DNA of 64,000 bases from Enoplolaimus lenunculus. Lineage: Eukaryota. A model generated the notes under the pieces. It saw only the letters and a program-made list of their open reading frames with translations, made no database searches and was not told the DNA's origin. A program made the position numbers and the translations under genes. The stretch is taken from assembly GCA_030248215.1 (NCBI GenBank), contig JASANG010002509.1:124001-188000 (forward strand). The letters are read 5' to 3'. Positions 50,029 through 62,670 of this stretch are shown piece by piece; within the stretch, counting starts at the first letter, position 1, and each line of letters begins with the position of its first letter.

Positions 50029-50462
50029 GCTTACGGTCGTCGTTACTGTTGAACGCTTTATTGCCGTCCGGTATCCGCTGCGTGCACGCACGTTTCTTTC
50101 GCAATCTCGAATAATTTTCATTATCACATTTATTTATCTTATAACATTAGCGTTTAACGGATACTTATTTATCGGTCCATACGCGGTCCGAAAGCGTCCA
50201 CTGTGTGTCCCGGTTACAAACAAGGGTATGAACGATGTCGGGATCACGGCTCAAACATATAATTACACATATCGGTTAATATCAGTCTACGGTGGTCAAA
50301 ATGCACCCAGGTGGTCGGCAGCTGCTCGCTATTTTCGTGGATCAATGGTCGCTTCTGTGTTTTTAATTGTTTTAATACCGCTAGCGTTAATTATTGTATT
50401 AAATTCGGTTCTTATTATGAGCTTAATTGTGAACGCGCGACTTCAAAACGAACTCACTAACG
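50029..50462 (+). CDS. Class A GPCR, exon 2 of 3 (TM3-TM5)
   Basis: Acceptor TTTCAG|G completes Trp; LTVVVTVERFIAVRYPL (DRY-equivalent ERF); LIPLALIIVLN (TM5); donor CG|GTAAGT. Confidence 0.92.
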
Positions 50463-50525
50463 GTAAGTCAGGTGTGTCAGTCTAGGTAGGAACCAGGACT
50501 TCACACCTTTCTACTAAGCAGCTGG

Positions 50526-50608
50526 AAAAACGGGCCTCCGGAGCGGGGATCGAACTGTCAGCCTGCGGATCGTTAAGCAAACACTCTACCATTGCGCCAC
50601 GCAGCCCG
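50526..50608 (-). pseudogene. tRNA-derived Pol III element (pseudo-tRNA or SINE head) in GPCR intron 2
   Basis: Minus strand has A box TGGCGCAATGG and B box GTTCGATCC at tRNA spacing, paired ends CGGGC/GCCCG and a TTTTT terminator; anticodon stem does not pair. Confidence 0.6.
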
Positions 50609-50936
50609 CCTCTCCAACTGCATTTTTCGTCAACTATATGTGTCGACCGTACACTGCCAGCAAGCATACAACACAATGTACGCTGCATTTATTGCATATG
50701 CACTAGGATAAGCATGTCTCACATGCTTTAAGGTGGATGGATGTCTTGTTGGAAATAATATTAATTTCAACATTTGTACCAAACTTTAGCTGAAATTCTT
50801 TAAATTGCTATCAAGATTAAGTTTAAATAAGCTGGTACAGTAGTAATGGTATGTTTATCTTCATCGGTATTACATACCCTGCTAGAAAACGACGTGCTCT
50901 TAAAGGCGTATGCTGGAACGTTCCCTGAACCTCATA

Positions 50937-51351
50937 CTGCAGTGACCCGAATTGGGGGGTGTAATTAAGAGGAGGTCCCCATTTTGAGTCTCAATCAATA
51001 GGAGTCCATTTCGCTAATAAGGGTCCATAAGCGGATAGAGTCGCTATACCCTTATTATAGTATAAATGTCAATTTTTTGTAATTGTAGCGCATAAATGAT
51101 TCCAGGACCAAATAAAGTTGAATTCGAAACTTTAAAGCAAAGTTTTAAAAGTACATTCTTAAAAGTATATCCTTGTATTATGGCTCAAGAGTTTTTGATA
51201 CAAGATAAATACACAATTCAACGGATAGTTGCAATACCCGATATATACTAAACGAAGGGCGGCGGGCAGAGCAGGATTAGAACAAATAACATTTCGTAAC
51301 CGAATAATTAGAGGGGACACCCTCCGGAGAGTCTTATTCGGGTCACTGTAG
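50937..51351. mobile_element. TA-flanked MITE in GPCR intron 2
   Basis: TA|CTGCAGTGACCCGAAT ... ATTCGGGTCACTGTAG|TA. Confidence 0.8.
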
Positions 51352-51516
51352 TAGGTGATTTATAACGTAAATCCGTTTGTTTATCGCAAAAACATAATGT
51401 CCTGCTTGTACCGACTGGTTTATGAACCGGACGTATATGAATGATACGTGAAATTGTTTATTTAAGCATCCAATGATAATCGTTCAAACAACGGTTTTTA
51501 AGCTATAACTTCGTTT

Positions 51517-51719
51517 AAACCAGTTACTCTAAGGGAAGTGACAGTAGATTAAGCGTATTCTTAAAGCGTTTCTAAAATATGTTACTAAGTCTAAGAGTTG
51601 CAAAAATATGTTGCTAAGCCTAAGCTTTAGCCTAAACAAAATAAATGTAATCTAGAATGTAAACCTACCTTTTTATGGACCCACCAGAAACCTGGACGTC
51701 CCTTAAAGTAAAATGGGCC
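51517..51719 (+). mobile_element. GGCC-TIR MITE, subfamily C (degenerate), GPCR intron 2
   Basis: CAGTAGATTAAGCGTATT...CTAGAATGTAAACCTAC...CCTTAAAGTAAAATGGGCC. Confidence 0.7.
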
Positions 51720-51849
51720 AAAACCACGAAGGCTAACAACCGATTGACCCAAAGCCAAAAATGTCAAATATTATTTTTGATTGACTTATTAAATTGTCAA
51801 AAACAATGCTGTTCTACATTTCAAAATACGGCAAATACCTCGTTGACTT

Positions 51850-52160
51850 GATTATTTTTTGGAAAATAGTATTTTTTATTTTTTGGAAGAAAAGTATTTA
51901 TTTTTCATTTTTTTCGGAAGAAAAGTATTTATTTTTTTATTTTTTACGAAAAAAGTATTTATTTTTCTATTTTTGTAGAAGAAAGGTATTTATTTTTTTC
52001 ATTTTTTTTGGAAGAAAAGTATTTTTTTTTATTTTTTTGTGAAAAGTATTTATTTATTTTTTTATTTTTTTGTGAAAAGTATTTATTTATTTTTTATTTT
52101 TTAGTAACAAAAGTATTTATTTTTTTATTTTTTATTGAAGAAAAATATTTATTTTTTTGA
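51850..52160. repeat. AT-rich degenerate tandem repeat (AAAAGTATTTATTTTTT)
   Basis: About 10 units just upstream of GPCR exon 3. Confidence 0.85.
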
Positions 52161-52176
52161 AGCATAATAATTATAG

Positions 52177-52844
52177 GCCGAGCGTTAGACGAAACGCGTG
52201 CAACGCGTATGGTCGTATTTATTACTTGCGCGTTCGTTGCGTTAAACTTGCCGTCCGCATTGGTTTACTTAACCGATTGGATCAACAATTATGCCGTTCA
52301 GAACATCCCGGTGTCGTTTTATTCGACGATTGTTCCAATTTCAAATATTTTAGTTTCAACGGCGAAAACAATTAATTTTATTATTTACTACTCGGCATCG
52401 CAAAAATTTCGACGTTACATACGTCACGGTCAATGCTTTGCGCAGTGTTGCGTCATGTTTGGCGTTAAGCCGTTGTCCGGTTCGCAAATGTCGGCAGGAA
52501 TGGCGGGTGTAAACCAACGAAACGGATACAGTGGTGGAGGTACCCAAAACACTGCCAAAGGGCAAATTCTACCAAGAAAAACAACTAACCAAAGCGTTAA
52601 TTTTCGCCATCTGCCGAACAGATGTTTTTCAGATGATGCTAGGGCACGTAAGGCCGGATCATATCAGGCATATACGGTCCAAGCAGGATCGCCATCAGAT
52701 TTTGAGTTGCCTCGACATTCGTACAGTTTACCGTATTTTGAATGTAAAAAGCCAAGCACGTACAGCACGACCGCGAATTTATTACCAGCATCAATCGTTG
52801 AATGTACTTCAGTAAGAAATGAATTTGAAGCATCGAATTTGTAA
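52177..52844 (+). CDS. Class A GPCR, exon 3 of 3 (TM6, TM7, C-tail)
   Basis: Acceptor TTATAG|GC keeps frame: GRALDETRATRMVVFITCAFVALNLP (TM6), SNILVSTAKTINFIIY (TM7), SQKFRR helix 8; spliced CDS 1488 nt, 495 aa. Confidence 0.9.
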
Positions 52845-52861
52845 TGCTCACAACGGCCCAT

Positions 52862-53030
52862 CGGGCCCGTAGCCAAGGGGGGGGCAGGCAGGGCTCAGCC
52901 CCACGAGAAAAACGTTGTCAACCCTAGAATATTTTCACCTTGCTTGTAAGTCACTGAAAACCTTTAAATGCCCCTCCTGAAAAATTTTTTAGCCGCCCCT
53001 CCCGAGCAAGGTTGGCTGGTTACCGGCCTG
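52862..53030 (-). mobile_element. hAT-like MITE in GPCR 3' UTR region
   Basis: Perfect TSD CGGCCCAT. Confidence 0.85.
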
Positions 53031-53771
53031 CGGCCCATCAGGCTCTGGTATATTTGTAAATCTTAGTAGGCTTACATTATTTTACACTACAATTTTTGTT
53101 TAGGCTTAGACTTTTAGGAATATACTTTTTTCAACGCGTGGGCTAAAGGCTGGAAATATGCTTAATCTACTGTTTACGGCAATAAAATTAATATTGACTC
53201 TGCGCTTACAGGAGTGTAGTTGTTTGAGGGTATTTAGTCTCTTCTCGACAAAGTTTCCACGTATATAAACGAATCTGAGCCTAAGCATAAGCTTGATAAT
53301 TTAGTCTAAGCTAAGTCTAGTCTAAAAGTTAAGCCTAAACCTGAGCTTGAGTCTAAGTATGTGATAAAATGTAACAATAAACACTGCGGAGAAAAGTTTC
53401 ACCTTCTATTTGATTTGGAAAACTAAGCAAATATCGTAGGGTAGGGGTTATGGCGCACGAGACCCCTTGAACGCCATGAACCAAAAAGCGAACTTTTCAA
53501 TATCCCATATTGTGGTTAGATCCTTTCCAGCTCGGGTCCATATTATACATTTTCATAACTGAAACCAGAATATATCTCGTTTCCTAAACCTAAAAAGTTT
53601 GCCAAATTTTAGTCCCTGGTTTCGTTTCTGAGCGGTGAAAGCATAACTTTGAGCGATCGCTGTGAACTTTGTGTATGAAAAAATAAAACGCAAAAAGGCT
53701 GATTTATAGCTGCACGAAACCTTAGACTAAGCTTTCGTTGCAATACATTGGTTGAAGATATGTTTATATTA

Positions 53772-54041
53772 AGCCCTATTCACACGTGCATGTTTTTGAT
53801 GCGAGAACTTGCAGCTGCAAATTGCACGCAAAACTTGCATTTTTTCATCAGCCTTTGAGAAAGCGGATGTAATAAATTCATTGCACTTGCAGGGTTATTC
53901 ACACATGGGAACTAAATTCCTAGCTATGGTTTTTAGTAAATTATCTGCAGTTGCAAGTTTTTCGAACGGGATTTCGGACAAAACTTGCAAGTGCAAGTTG
54001 CAGCTGCAAGTTCTCGCAACAAAAACTTGCACGTCTGAATG
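53772..54041. mobile_element. PIF/Harbinger-like MITE
   Basis: Same family, right end replaced by another MITE. Confidence 0.75.
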
Positions 54042-54042
54042 C

Positions 54043-54194
54043 TATTGACACAAGACAAATATACCGGATATATCAGTAACGGTGGGCCGCGGAAGGTGGG
54101 TTAAAAATAAACAACCGTCCGTAACCGAATAACAGGGGGGTGCCCTCTGGAGAGGCCAAATAAATTTCTGTCCCCCTTATTCGGGTCACTACAG
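54043..54194. mobile_element. TA-flanked MITE fragment fused to a Harbinger-like MITE
   Basis: Body fragment and one TIR. Confidence 0.65.
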
Positions 54195-54392
54195 TAACTG
54201 GAACAAATACGCTTTCAAGACACATTACTGTTCGAGAACAGCCTCATTTCCACAGAAAAATTGATGTGTAGGACATTACCAAACTAATGCGTACCTGAAA
54301 TGATGCGGTAGCAGATACCGTTGTACATTGGTATATCAGAAAATTAAATTTGCTAAAGTATAAAATAAAATTATTTTATTGCCATAAGGTGG

Positions 54393-54733
54393 ACAATGGC
54401 TGGGTTGCTGAAATCTTACTTAAGTATTCGCTTAAGTTACACTTAAATTTTCGAGCAGAAACAAATAAACGCCAAATGTCAGCCACTGTCATAACAAGAA
54501 AGTAATAGATTTGCGTTATATTGAGGACGGACCAATAGTCTGCAATTTGAATTTGACCAAGGTTAGTATGCCTGAATGGTAAATTTGTAATCCATCAAAT
54601 TTGTTCAGCGACTTAAGTATTAACTGAAACTTAAGTACGCTCTTAAAAAACGACAAAATGGTTAAGTAATTATTTAACACGTACTTAAGAACTAAGTCGT
54701 ACTTAAGTAGGCTTTTGAAAACCCAGCTGATGT
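54393..54733. mobile_element. MITE with ACAATGGCTGGGTTTCTGAAA-type TIR
   Basis: ACTTAAGT-rich; relatives at ~1604-1920, 29401-29788 and 58580-58895. Confidence 0.7.
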
Positions 54734-54974
54734 CCGGTGAATTATTCAGGGAAAATGTGTGTTGCACGCAACTGTGTCAGTCCTAAGGATTTGTGGGATT
54801 ACCGACTAAAACCATTAATGATAGTTGAAAAAAGTGTTTTAAAAATTAATTTTGAATTGAAATTTTAGACCAAACCAATGAAACGATCAGAATGTAATAC
54901 GTATAACAAAACCTGTAAAAAGTTAAAAAAACAGTCTATCCTGGCTGTGTAGGTTTCTTATTTGAGTGATTAAA

Positions 54975-55285
54975 ATCATACAATTTCGTCAATTGCAGTG
55001 TATAAATCACTCCAGGACCAAACAAAATTGAGTTCGTAGCTTTAAAGCATACTTAAGTTGTGAAAGTACATTCCTTAGCACAACCTTGCATTATTGCTCA
55101 AGTTTTAGATACAAGAAACACAAACGTTTAATTCAACGGATAGTTAAAATTCTGGATATATGTCAGAAATGAAGGGCGCCGGAGGGCGGATTAAACATAA
55201 ACAACAGTTCGTAACCTAATAACAGGGCGGTCCCTCTGGAGACGACAAATAAATATCAGCCCCCCTCTTATTCGGGTCACTAGAA
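54975..55285. mobile_element. TA-flanked MITE, partial
   Basis: Body and TIR TTATTCGGGTCACTA. Confidence 0.7.
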
Positions 55286-56069
55286 TACGTCCTTATATAT
55301 CAAAAGTCAACAGCTTGAGGAAGACTTTCCGTCATTACTGCTTGTATGCTTTGACAGCCCAGTTTTTAAATTTCTTGCCATGTTAGGTAATCGTGATACT
55401 ACTCTCTAAAAACTTAAACTTAGTTTATAGCTTAATTAAACTTCAATATCAGTTTAAATAAGACTTAAATGGCTGGACGGGCTAATTAATATAGAATTTT
55501 AAGTTTTACACATTCTAACGTTTTTTTAAGTTTAACACGAGATTACGTAAACTTATTTTTAGTTTAAGTAACAAGTGCAGCCTAGATATTACGTGTATCT
55601 AAGTGTTCATTATGTTTAACCTAAACTGAAAATATGTTAGATTATCAATGAGTTTAAGCGTAAACCTACCTGTTAGGTTAGTTAATCTACAATGTTAGTT
55701 TAACATTGGTGGATTAGCTTGAACATAAATAAGTTGTTTAGGTTTTGAGAAGAATAATCATCCTGCAGGAAGGAGCACAGGGTTGAAAAAAACCCCCCCC
55801 CACAGGCGAGCGTAGCGATCAAAAAGTACTGACTTCTATCGGGGTTAATGGTCAAAAACCTCAGGCTTTCTGAAAAATTTGGTTAAAAAATTTCGCAATA
55901 ACTTTTAGCTTTAAATTTTTGTACTAAAGAACTTGATAAGAAAAGCTAAAAATATTGATTTTTGCATTATCCACAGCGTATTCATAGCATAATTTTTGCT
56001 TCTTTATATCCTTTCTATATATAAACCCTTAATACCATACGCCTAAGCATATTAGTATTAACATTCCAT

Positions 56070-56321
56070 CACTGCAAATTCCAATGAGTTCATTAATTAA
56101 CTCAGACGGAAAGATAGTTATTTCTGAGTTAATAACAGAAGACTTTTACTCACTCTGAGTTGATTTGATATTTACTGTGAGTTTAGTTGAATCTAGGTGA
56201 GTTGATTAATTAACTCAGGACCAATTGAATCAACTCAAAATTCTGAGTTCTGATAGTCCTAACTCAGACTGAGTGATTCAACTCATTCTGAGTTAAAATC
56301 AACTCACTGAAATTTACAGTG
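56070..56321. mobile_element. CACTG-ended element, family 2 (opposite orientation)
   Basis: CACTGCAAATTCCA ... GAAATTTACAGTG. Confidence 0.8.
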
Positions 56322-56693
56322 TATATATAACCTGAAAGGCCTACATTTAGCTATGCCTAAACCTAAGCGTAAGCCTCACAGTTTTAAGTCCTTCTGTCTC
56401 GGTGTATCGAAGTAAGCAGGACCAGAAAAATAACAGGCGCCATCTGAAATATTTGGTTTGTAACCACTTGCAACGCGTTTTTCATTTTAAGCTTAGACTG
56501 AACTTTGTAGAAACAGCGCAGCATATATACTCATGAATAATTTTACTGAAACAAAATGATAATGCAATGTTAGCAAATAATTTTACTTTTTTTTGCTAAA
56601 CAGAAACAGTTGTGTAACGTTGTCAATAAACGCAGTGAATTTAACAAAATATACTATTCAACCTTTGACTTTTTGAAATTAAATCAAACAGTC

Positions 56694-56880
56694 TGCCAAT
56701 GTAACTTTAAGGGGAGTAACAGTAAATTAAGCGTATTTCTAAGCCTAAGCCTAAGCGTTACAAAAATGAGTTCCTAAGGCTAAAGCCTAAACCTAAGCAA
56801 AAAATGTGCAGTCTAGAATCTAAACCTACTCTTTTATAGACCCACCAGAAACGTGGACGCTCCTTAAAGTAACATGGGCC
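56694..56880 (+). mobile_element. GGCC-TIR telomere-repeat MITE, subfamily C
   Basis: TIRs; TSD AAACAGTC/AAACAGAC. Confidence 0.85.
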
Positions 56881-57703
56881 AAACAGACGATGGTTTATTT
56901 CTCGATAGGTACGTTGCCTTTTTACGCGAAAATTTTTGAGGTAAATTCTATGGATTTCAGTAATTTGCGCTATAGCATCAGTACCGGCTTTCAAAAGGGG
57001 GCACCGGGTCTTGACTAATATATTCGCCTCCCTGATTCAAAATTATTTCTGTAACGCCGAAAATTTCTATATTACGTAAATTTTTCCTTATTCCATTTAA
57101 AAATTATTTTGCCTTGTTTATTAGCAACTCCAGGTTGCTGGGCTGGCTACATAGAGTCATTGTAGTGAAAATTTTGCATGGTTTCGTAGCTAAGTGAGTA
57201 TTGTGGTGAGCACCGTACATGTTGAATCACAGGCGAATCCAAAAATTTCTGACTGGGGGCCGGCTGGTGTCCAAATATTATGAAACGCAAAAATTGCAAG
57301 GTAGCGACCGTTTCAATTTGTGACTACCAAAGTTTCTCAGGCGAAAAATTATAACGGACCTTATCTTTTTATCACTGAAAAATTTTCAAAGGGGAAAAAT
57401 TGTAAGGTTATCACGAAAAAAATTTGAAGGTAAAAATTGTATTTTTAGAAAATAATTTTCTGAGGGGTAAAATTGTAAGTAGGGACCTTACCATGTTATC
57501 ACAACAAATCGGGACGGGGGGCGTATGCCCACCGCATCCCCCCATCTTTTTATTTTATCTGATAGTGCATTACATTTTTTATCTTAGGCTTAGGCGTATG
57601 CTTAGGAACACACTTTTGCAACGCTTAGGCTTCGGCTTAGGTTTAGCTTACTCAACAACCACGCTTCTATAAAAGTAACATTTGTCATAAAGTCTATATG
57701 GTA

Positions 57704-58152
57704 CTGTATTGACCCCAATAAAGGGGGGACTGATATTTATTTGGCCTCTCCAGAGGGTACCCATACTTGTTATTCGGTTACGGACTGTTATTTATTTTAA
57801 ACCCGCGCTCCGCCACCCTTCGTTACTGATATATATCCGGTACTGCAACTATCCGTTGAATTAAATGTTTGTTTGTGTTGTGTCAATAGCTTGAGAGATA
57901 ACGCAAGGTTATACGTTGGAATGTACTTTCAAAACGTAAGTACGCTTTAAAGTTTCGAAGTCAAATTATTTCGATCTGGAGTCATTTATGCGCTACAATT
58001 AGGGATAATTGACATTTATGGACTCTACGTAAGGTTTAAGGACTCTATCCACTTACGGACTCTTATTACGGATACGGACTCCTATTAATCGGGACTCAAA
58101 ATGGGGACCCTCCTCGTCTTATTACCCCCTTCTTTTATTCGGGTCAATACAG
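57704..58152. mobile_element. TA-flanked ~440-bp MITE
   Basis: Same TIRs and body. Confidence 0.85.
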
Positions 58153-59016
58153 TGCTTCAAAGTTTGTAATTCAATTTTTTAAAATTAAAATAATTCATGC
58201 CAAAATTTGCCAGTACGGGTTTGTGACATCATAGCGAATCGAATAGCGCGCAATAACAGCGTGCCATATTGTAATAATGAATATTTTGAAAAAATTTATT
58301 CAGCATGAAACGAAACAATGGACCATATTTAAATTTTGGTCTTTACACGATATTAATGCTTATCGCAACCTGACGTCGGGTTAATACAAAATCAGTCGAC
58401 GAACCTGAAGATACTTTATTATTTGCTGTTCAAGATTATGGATTAAATTTTGCTATTTTCTTAATCATCGAAAATTTACGCTAAATTTTGAAACTTTGTT
58501 TACACTTTGGTCAAAAACATATTGAAATTTTCAAATTATTAAACATCCATCGTAGCCTGGTTAACATGTTGAACTATTTACAATGGCTGGGTTTTTGAAA
58601 TCTTGCTTAAGTATTTATTTAGCAAAAATAACTACCAAATGTGAGCTATTGTGATAGCAAGAAAGCCATGGATTTGCTTTATATTAAGGAGGTACTGTTA
58701 GTCTACAATCTCAAATTGAGTATGGTAATGTGACCACACTGTTAATCTGCAATATATCAAGTTTTGTCAATGACTTAAGTATTTACTATTTACTTAAGTA
58801 CGTTTTTAAAAACGACAAAATGGTTAAGTAATTGTTTAGCAAATACTTAAGTACTAAGTCGTGCTTAAAGCAGTGTTTGAGAAACCTACACAATGTCTAA
58901 AATAGGTTAACAGCTGCGGTTTTGCGTACGCGTTTATGTGAGACCCAAATATTTCATATAACTTGAAAGAGGTTTACTCAAACAGTTGTTTAACTGGATT
59001 TTATTTAACACTGTAA

Positions 59017-59290
59017 AACCCATTTTACACGTGCAAGTTTTTGCTGCGAGAACTTACAGCTGCAAATTGTACACAGAACTTGCATTTTTAGCAGCCAATG
59101 AGAAAACGGCTGCAATAAATTAAGTGAACTTGCATGGTTATCCACACATGTGAGCTAAATTCCTAGCTGCGATTTTTAATGAATTATTTGCAGCTGAAAG
59201 TTTTTAGAACGGGATTTTGGACAAAACTTCCAAGTGCAAGTCGCAACTGCAAGTTCACGCAGCGCCAACTTGCACGTGTGAACACGGTCC
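59017..59290. mobile_element. PIF/Harbinger-like MITE
   Basis: Same family. Confidence 0.7.
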
Positions 59291-59436
59291 AATAGCAATT
59301 CGTAGTTGCGGACTTAGCTGTCAAAGATAGCTAAGCAAACTTTTTTCCGCAAATTTCGTTCTATGTCTCTTACTTTTGGAACTTCAGCCAAAATGTTTAA
59401 AATTGACATTGAAAAGCGAAGCTTGTAACAGATTTC

Positions 59437-59789
59437 GAACCGTGTAAAGATCAGGATCGGAACGTTTTTTGAGGGACTAGAAAGGAGCAAACTTAAGCTT
59501 TAGACCCATTTTTCGCTTGGCTTAGGCTTAGGCTTAGGCTTAGGAATATGCTCATTTTTACGCATAGGCTTAGACTTAGGGTTAGGCTTAGGAATAAACT
59601 CATTCTTACACTTAGGGTTACACTTAGGCTTAGGCTTAGGAATATGCTTATTCTTATGCATAGGCTTAGGCTTAGGTTTAGGCTTAGGCTTAGAAATATG
59701 CTCATTCTTACGCATAGGCTTAGGATTAGGCTTAGGCTTACGCTTAGGAATACGCATATACTGTTCCGATCCTGTTCTTTACATTGGCC
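59437..59789 (-). mobile_element. GGCC-TIR telomere-repeat MITE, subfamily A
   Basis: TIRs, perfect TSD CAGATTTC. Confidence 0.9.
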
Positions 59790-60714
59790 CAGATTTCTAA
59801 ACACAATCAAATATCCATATCCTAAATTTTAAGCTGCATTATCCCCGCTGCACCCAACAAGCTTTTATCTCACAGAGCAGCAGGAATTAATTTATCGTAA
59901 AAAAGCACCATATGGTTGAGTTATACTATTCCGTTAATCGAACAATAGTGTTTCCTCAAAGGAATTTGGCACTTGAAATACTTTTCATTTTTGAGGTTTT
60001 CAGAAAAAAAACACGACAATTCATTTAATCCGACCGATCATGACATTTAAATTACGGTTTTGCTATCGGTGCCAGGTATACTGTCTTTTGGGAATAAAAA
60101 TTTAAAACTCAAAAAACGAGTACAACTCGTAAAGTGTAATCAATACTGCCAAACATTTGTGCTTTACTGTTAACTGTGCCTACAGGTTTCGCTGATACCT
60201 CTTAAGCTGATTTAGTGATCGAAAATTGGGTCTTTTCCGTTATCCCTTTCAGCAGGCGTTTACGCAAAAATAGTTGGATTTTAAAATAATTTGCATATTT
60301 CAGCTTTTTATGACCTCCCCTGATCATTCCATGCCCGAATTTTAATTTTTGAAAAATGTGATTTTTTAATGTCCCACGGCGCCAGATCGGTTATTTGACC
60401 ATAATTCGTTAAGCAGTCGTCTGATTGGAAAAAATGTTAACACCAATTTGACTCAGGTCTGCAAGCTGCATCGAATGCTATGTACCTTTTCAAATTGTTT
60501 GACGAAATTTTTTGGATCACAAGGGGGAACCATGGGGCCATAAAATTCGAATTTTTCGCAAATTCAAATTTGGGCATGAAACGATCACGAGAGGTTATAT
60601 GAAGCCAAAATATGCAAAAATTTTTAAAATCAAAGTTTTTACTGCAAACGCAGGCTGGGGGGACCACGGCGAACACCCGAAAAATATTGATTGATTTTCA
60701 AGAGTACTTATAGC

Positions 60715-60908
60715 CAGCGGCGGATCCAGAAATATCAAACAGAGGGTCGGGCTGGCAACAGTTCTGAAACGCATCTTATACCGTACGCTATATATGTACC
60801 AATTTTCTTAAGGGAAAAATTGTTAAGGCAGCAAACGGCATTTTATCACAACAAATTTTCTGATAGGGGGCGTACGCTCCTTCCGCCTTCCTTCAGGATC
60901 CGCTACTG
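60715..60908. mobile_element. hAT-like MITE (CAGCGGCGGATCC TIR)
   Basis: TSD CTTATAGC/GTTATAGT; relatives at 49645-49989 and 57229-57545. Confidence 0.7.
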
Positions 60909-61279
60909 GTTATAGTAAGTTTGAATTATTTAACTTTATTAATGGTGAAGAATCAAACAAATAGAAATTTTAATTTCAAGCCGACCCAACTTTTGAGAAC
61001 AACGCCTTAATTCATGCGTGAACGGTTTTGCAGTGTGAACTTGCGGCTGCAACCAACTTGCATTGTGTCCACGATTTGTAAACATGTTTTCGGGCACGTG
61101 CAAGTTGTAACTGCAAGTTTCTCGCTGCAAAACCCAACACATATTAAACTTCATTTCATACGATCTGTATATTAGCACTTTGGACATATTTGGATAAGAT
61201 GTAGCAGTATTTCGGTATTCTGTCAAGAAATAAATAATTATTCAACGATGATACTGCCTGATTCTTTGACCCATTGAAT

Positions 61280-61553
61280 GGCCCATGTATAGGACAGGAC
61301 CGGATCGTTTTCCGGAGGGGCTATAATAGAATCAGTTTAAGCTTTAGACTAAACCTGGGCTTAGGCTTAGGCTTAGGAATAGGCTCATCCATACGCTTAG
61401 TCTTAAGCTTAAGCTTAGGCTTAGGCTTAGGCTTAGGAATAGGCTCATCCATAGGCTTAGGCTTAGGCTTAAACTTAGGCTTAGTCTTAAGCTTAGGCTT
61501 AGGCTTAGGAATATGCTTATACTACTGTTCCGGACCTGTTCTATACATGGGCC
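61280..61553 (-). mobile_element. GGCC-TIR telomere-repeat MITE, subfamily B
   Basis: TIRs; TSD CATTGAAT/AATAGAAT. Confidence 0.85.
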
Positions 61554-61966
61554 AATAGAATAAAGTGAAGCAAAGGGCAATTGCAAAAACCATGATCAGA
61601 TGACAACGTTTTCAAGTTACATTGGAACGTTGTATCAGTTCAAACGTAGGGGTAGATTATGATAATTTTTTAATATTTAATAAAAAGTTTCTTAGAAACT
61701 AAGTCGTTTATTACTGATTATTATTCTGGTTACTTGTCTGAAACTCAACTAATATTTACAATATTTGTATCTAATAACTAATGCTTAACGCTATTCGTTG
61801 CGAATCTGGTTGACATTTTTTTTGCTCAGTCACGTAAAATCTAAAGTGATTTATGTTGATTGTTAGCTACGATTTCTACCAAACCGTAAAGCTTCAGCTT
61901 CGCCAGATACAAATTATTTAGTCGTGAGTGTAACTGTCCTAAAACAGTTTAACCAACGACACATCA

Positions 61967-62191
61967 AACTGCAAAAAATGGTGAGTCAAATTGACTATCT
62001 CCGGGAATAGGCTTTTCCGGACTGCACAAACTGAGTCAAATTTCAACTGGGCCAGAGTCAAATTCGACTCAGCCGAGTCGCTGATTGTGTCAAATTTGAC
62101 TCTGGCGGAGTCGAATTTGCGACTCAGTTTGTGTTAGTAAGGAAAAACCTATTTCGGGAAGCGTCAATTTGATTCACCATTTTTTGCAGTG
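61967..62191. mobile_element. CACTG-ended palindromic element, family 1
   Basis: TSD CA/CA. Confidence 0.8.
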
Positions 62192-62467
62192 CAGACACCG
62201 TTTCCCAACGTCTAACGAACAAAAGTAGGCTCTTCTCGGCCGGTTAATCATTACGCGAAACATTTTGCAAACTCGCATAAACTTTGGGACAGTAAAGTGT
62301 TTCACAAAAGTTTCGGGCCTGAATCTAAATCAAGATATTAAATCAAACCGTAACTTTTAATTAAATTTCCAATCATTTTAATTCGAAAGTCGAAAGTGCC
62401 AAGGATCACAACTGGCAACTGGTATTTGGTCAAAGTGATGTGAAACCGAGTTTTTCTTGCAATATTA

Positions 62468-62670
62468 CGCTGCAAAAAATGGTGAGTCTAATGAACTCTC
62501 TCGGAAATAGGATCACTGTGCAAACTGAGTCAAATTCGACTCCGACAGAGTCAAATTCAACGTACTAAGTCGCACGTTTGACACCGGCGGAGTCGAATTT
62601 GACACAGTTTGTGTTCTTCCGTAGAGCCTATTTCGGAGGGAGTCAATTTGACTCACCATTTTTTGCAGGG
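62468..62670. mobile_element. CACTG-ended palindromic element, family 1
   Basis: TSD TA/TA. Confidence 0.8.

Noticed and set aside
51794..52042. Phe/Lys-rich ORF in GPCR intron
   Set aside because: Low-complexity AT tandem repeat
52360..52400. GPCR lacks NPxxY (has NFIIY)
   Set aside because: NFxxY is normal for FMRFamide/Srw-type receptors
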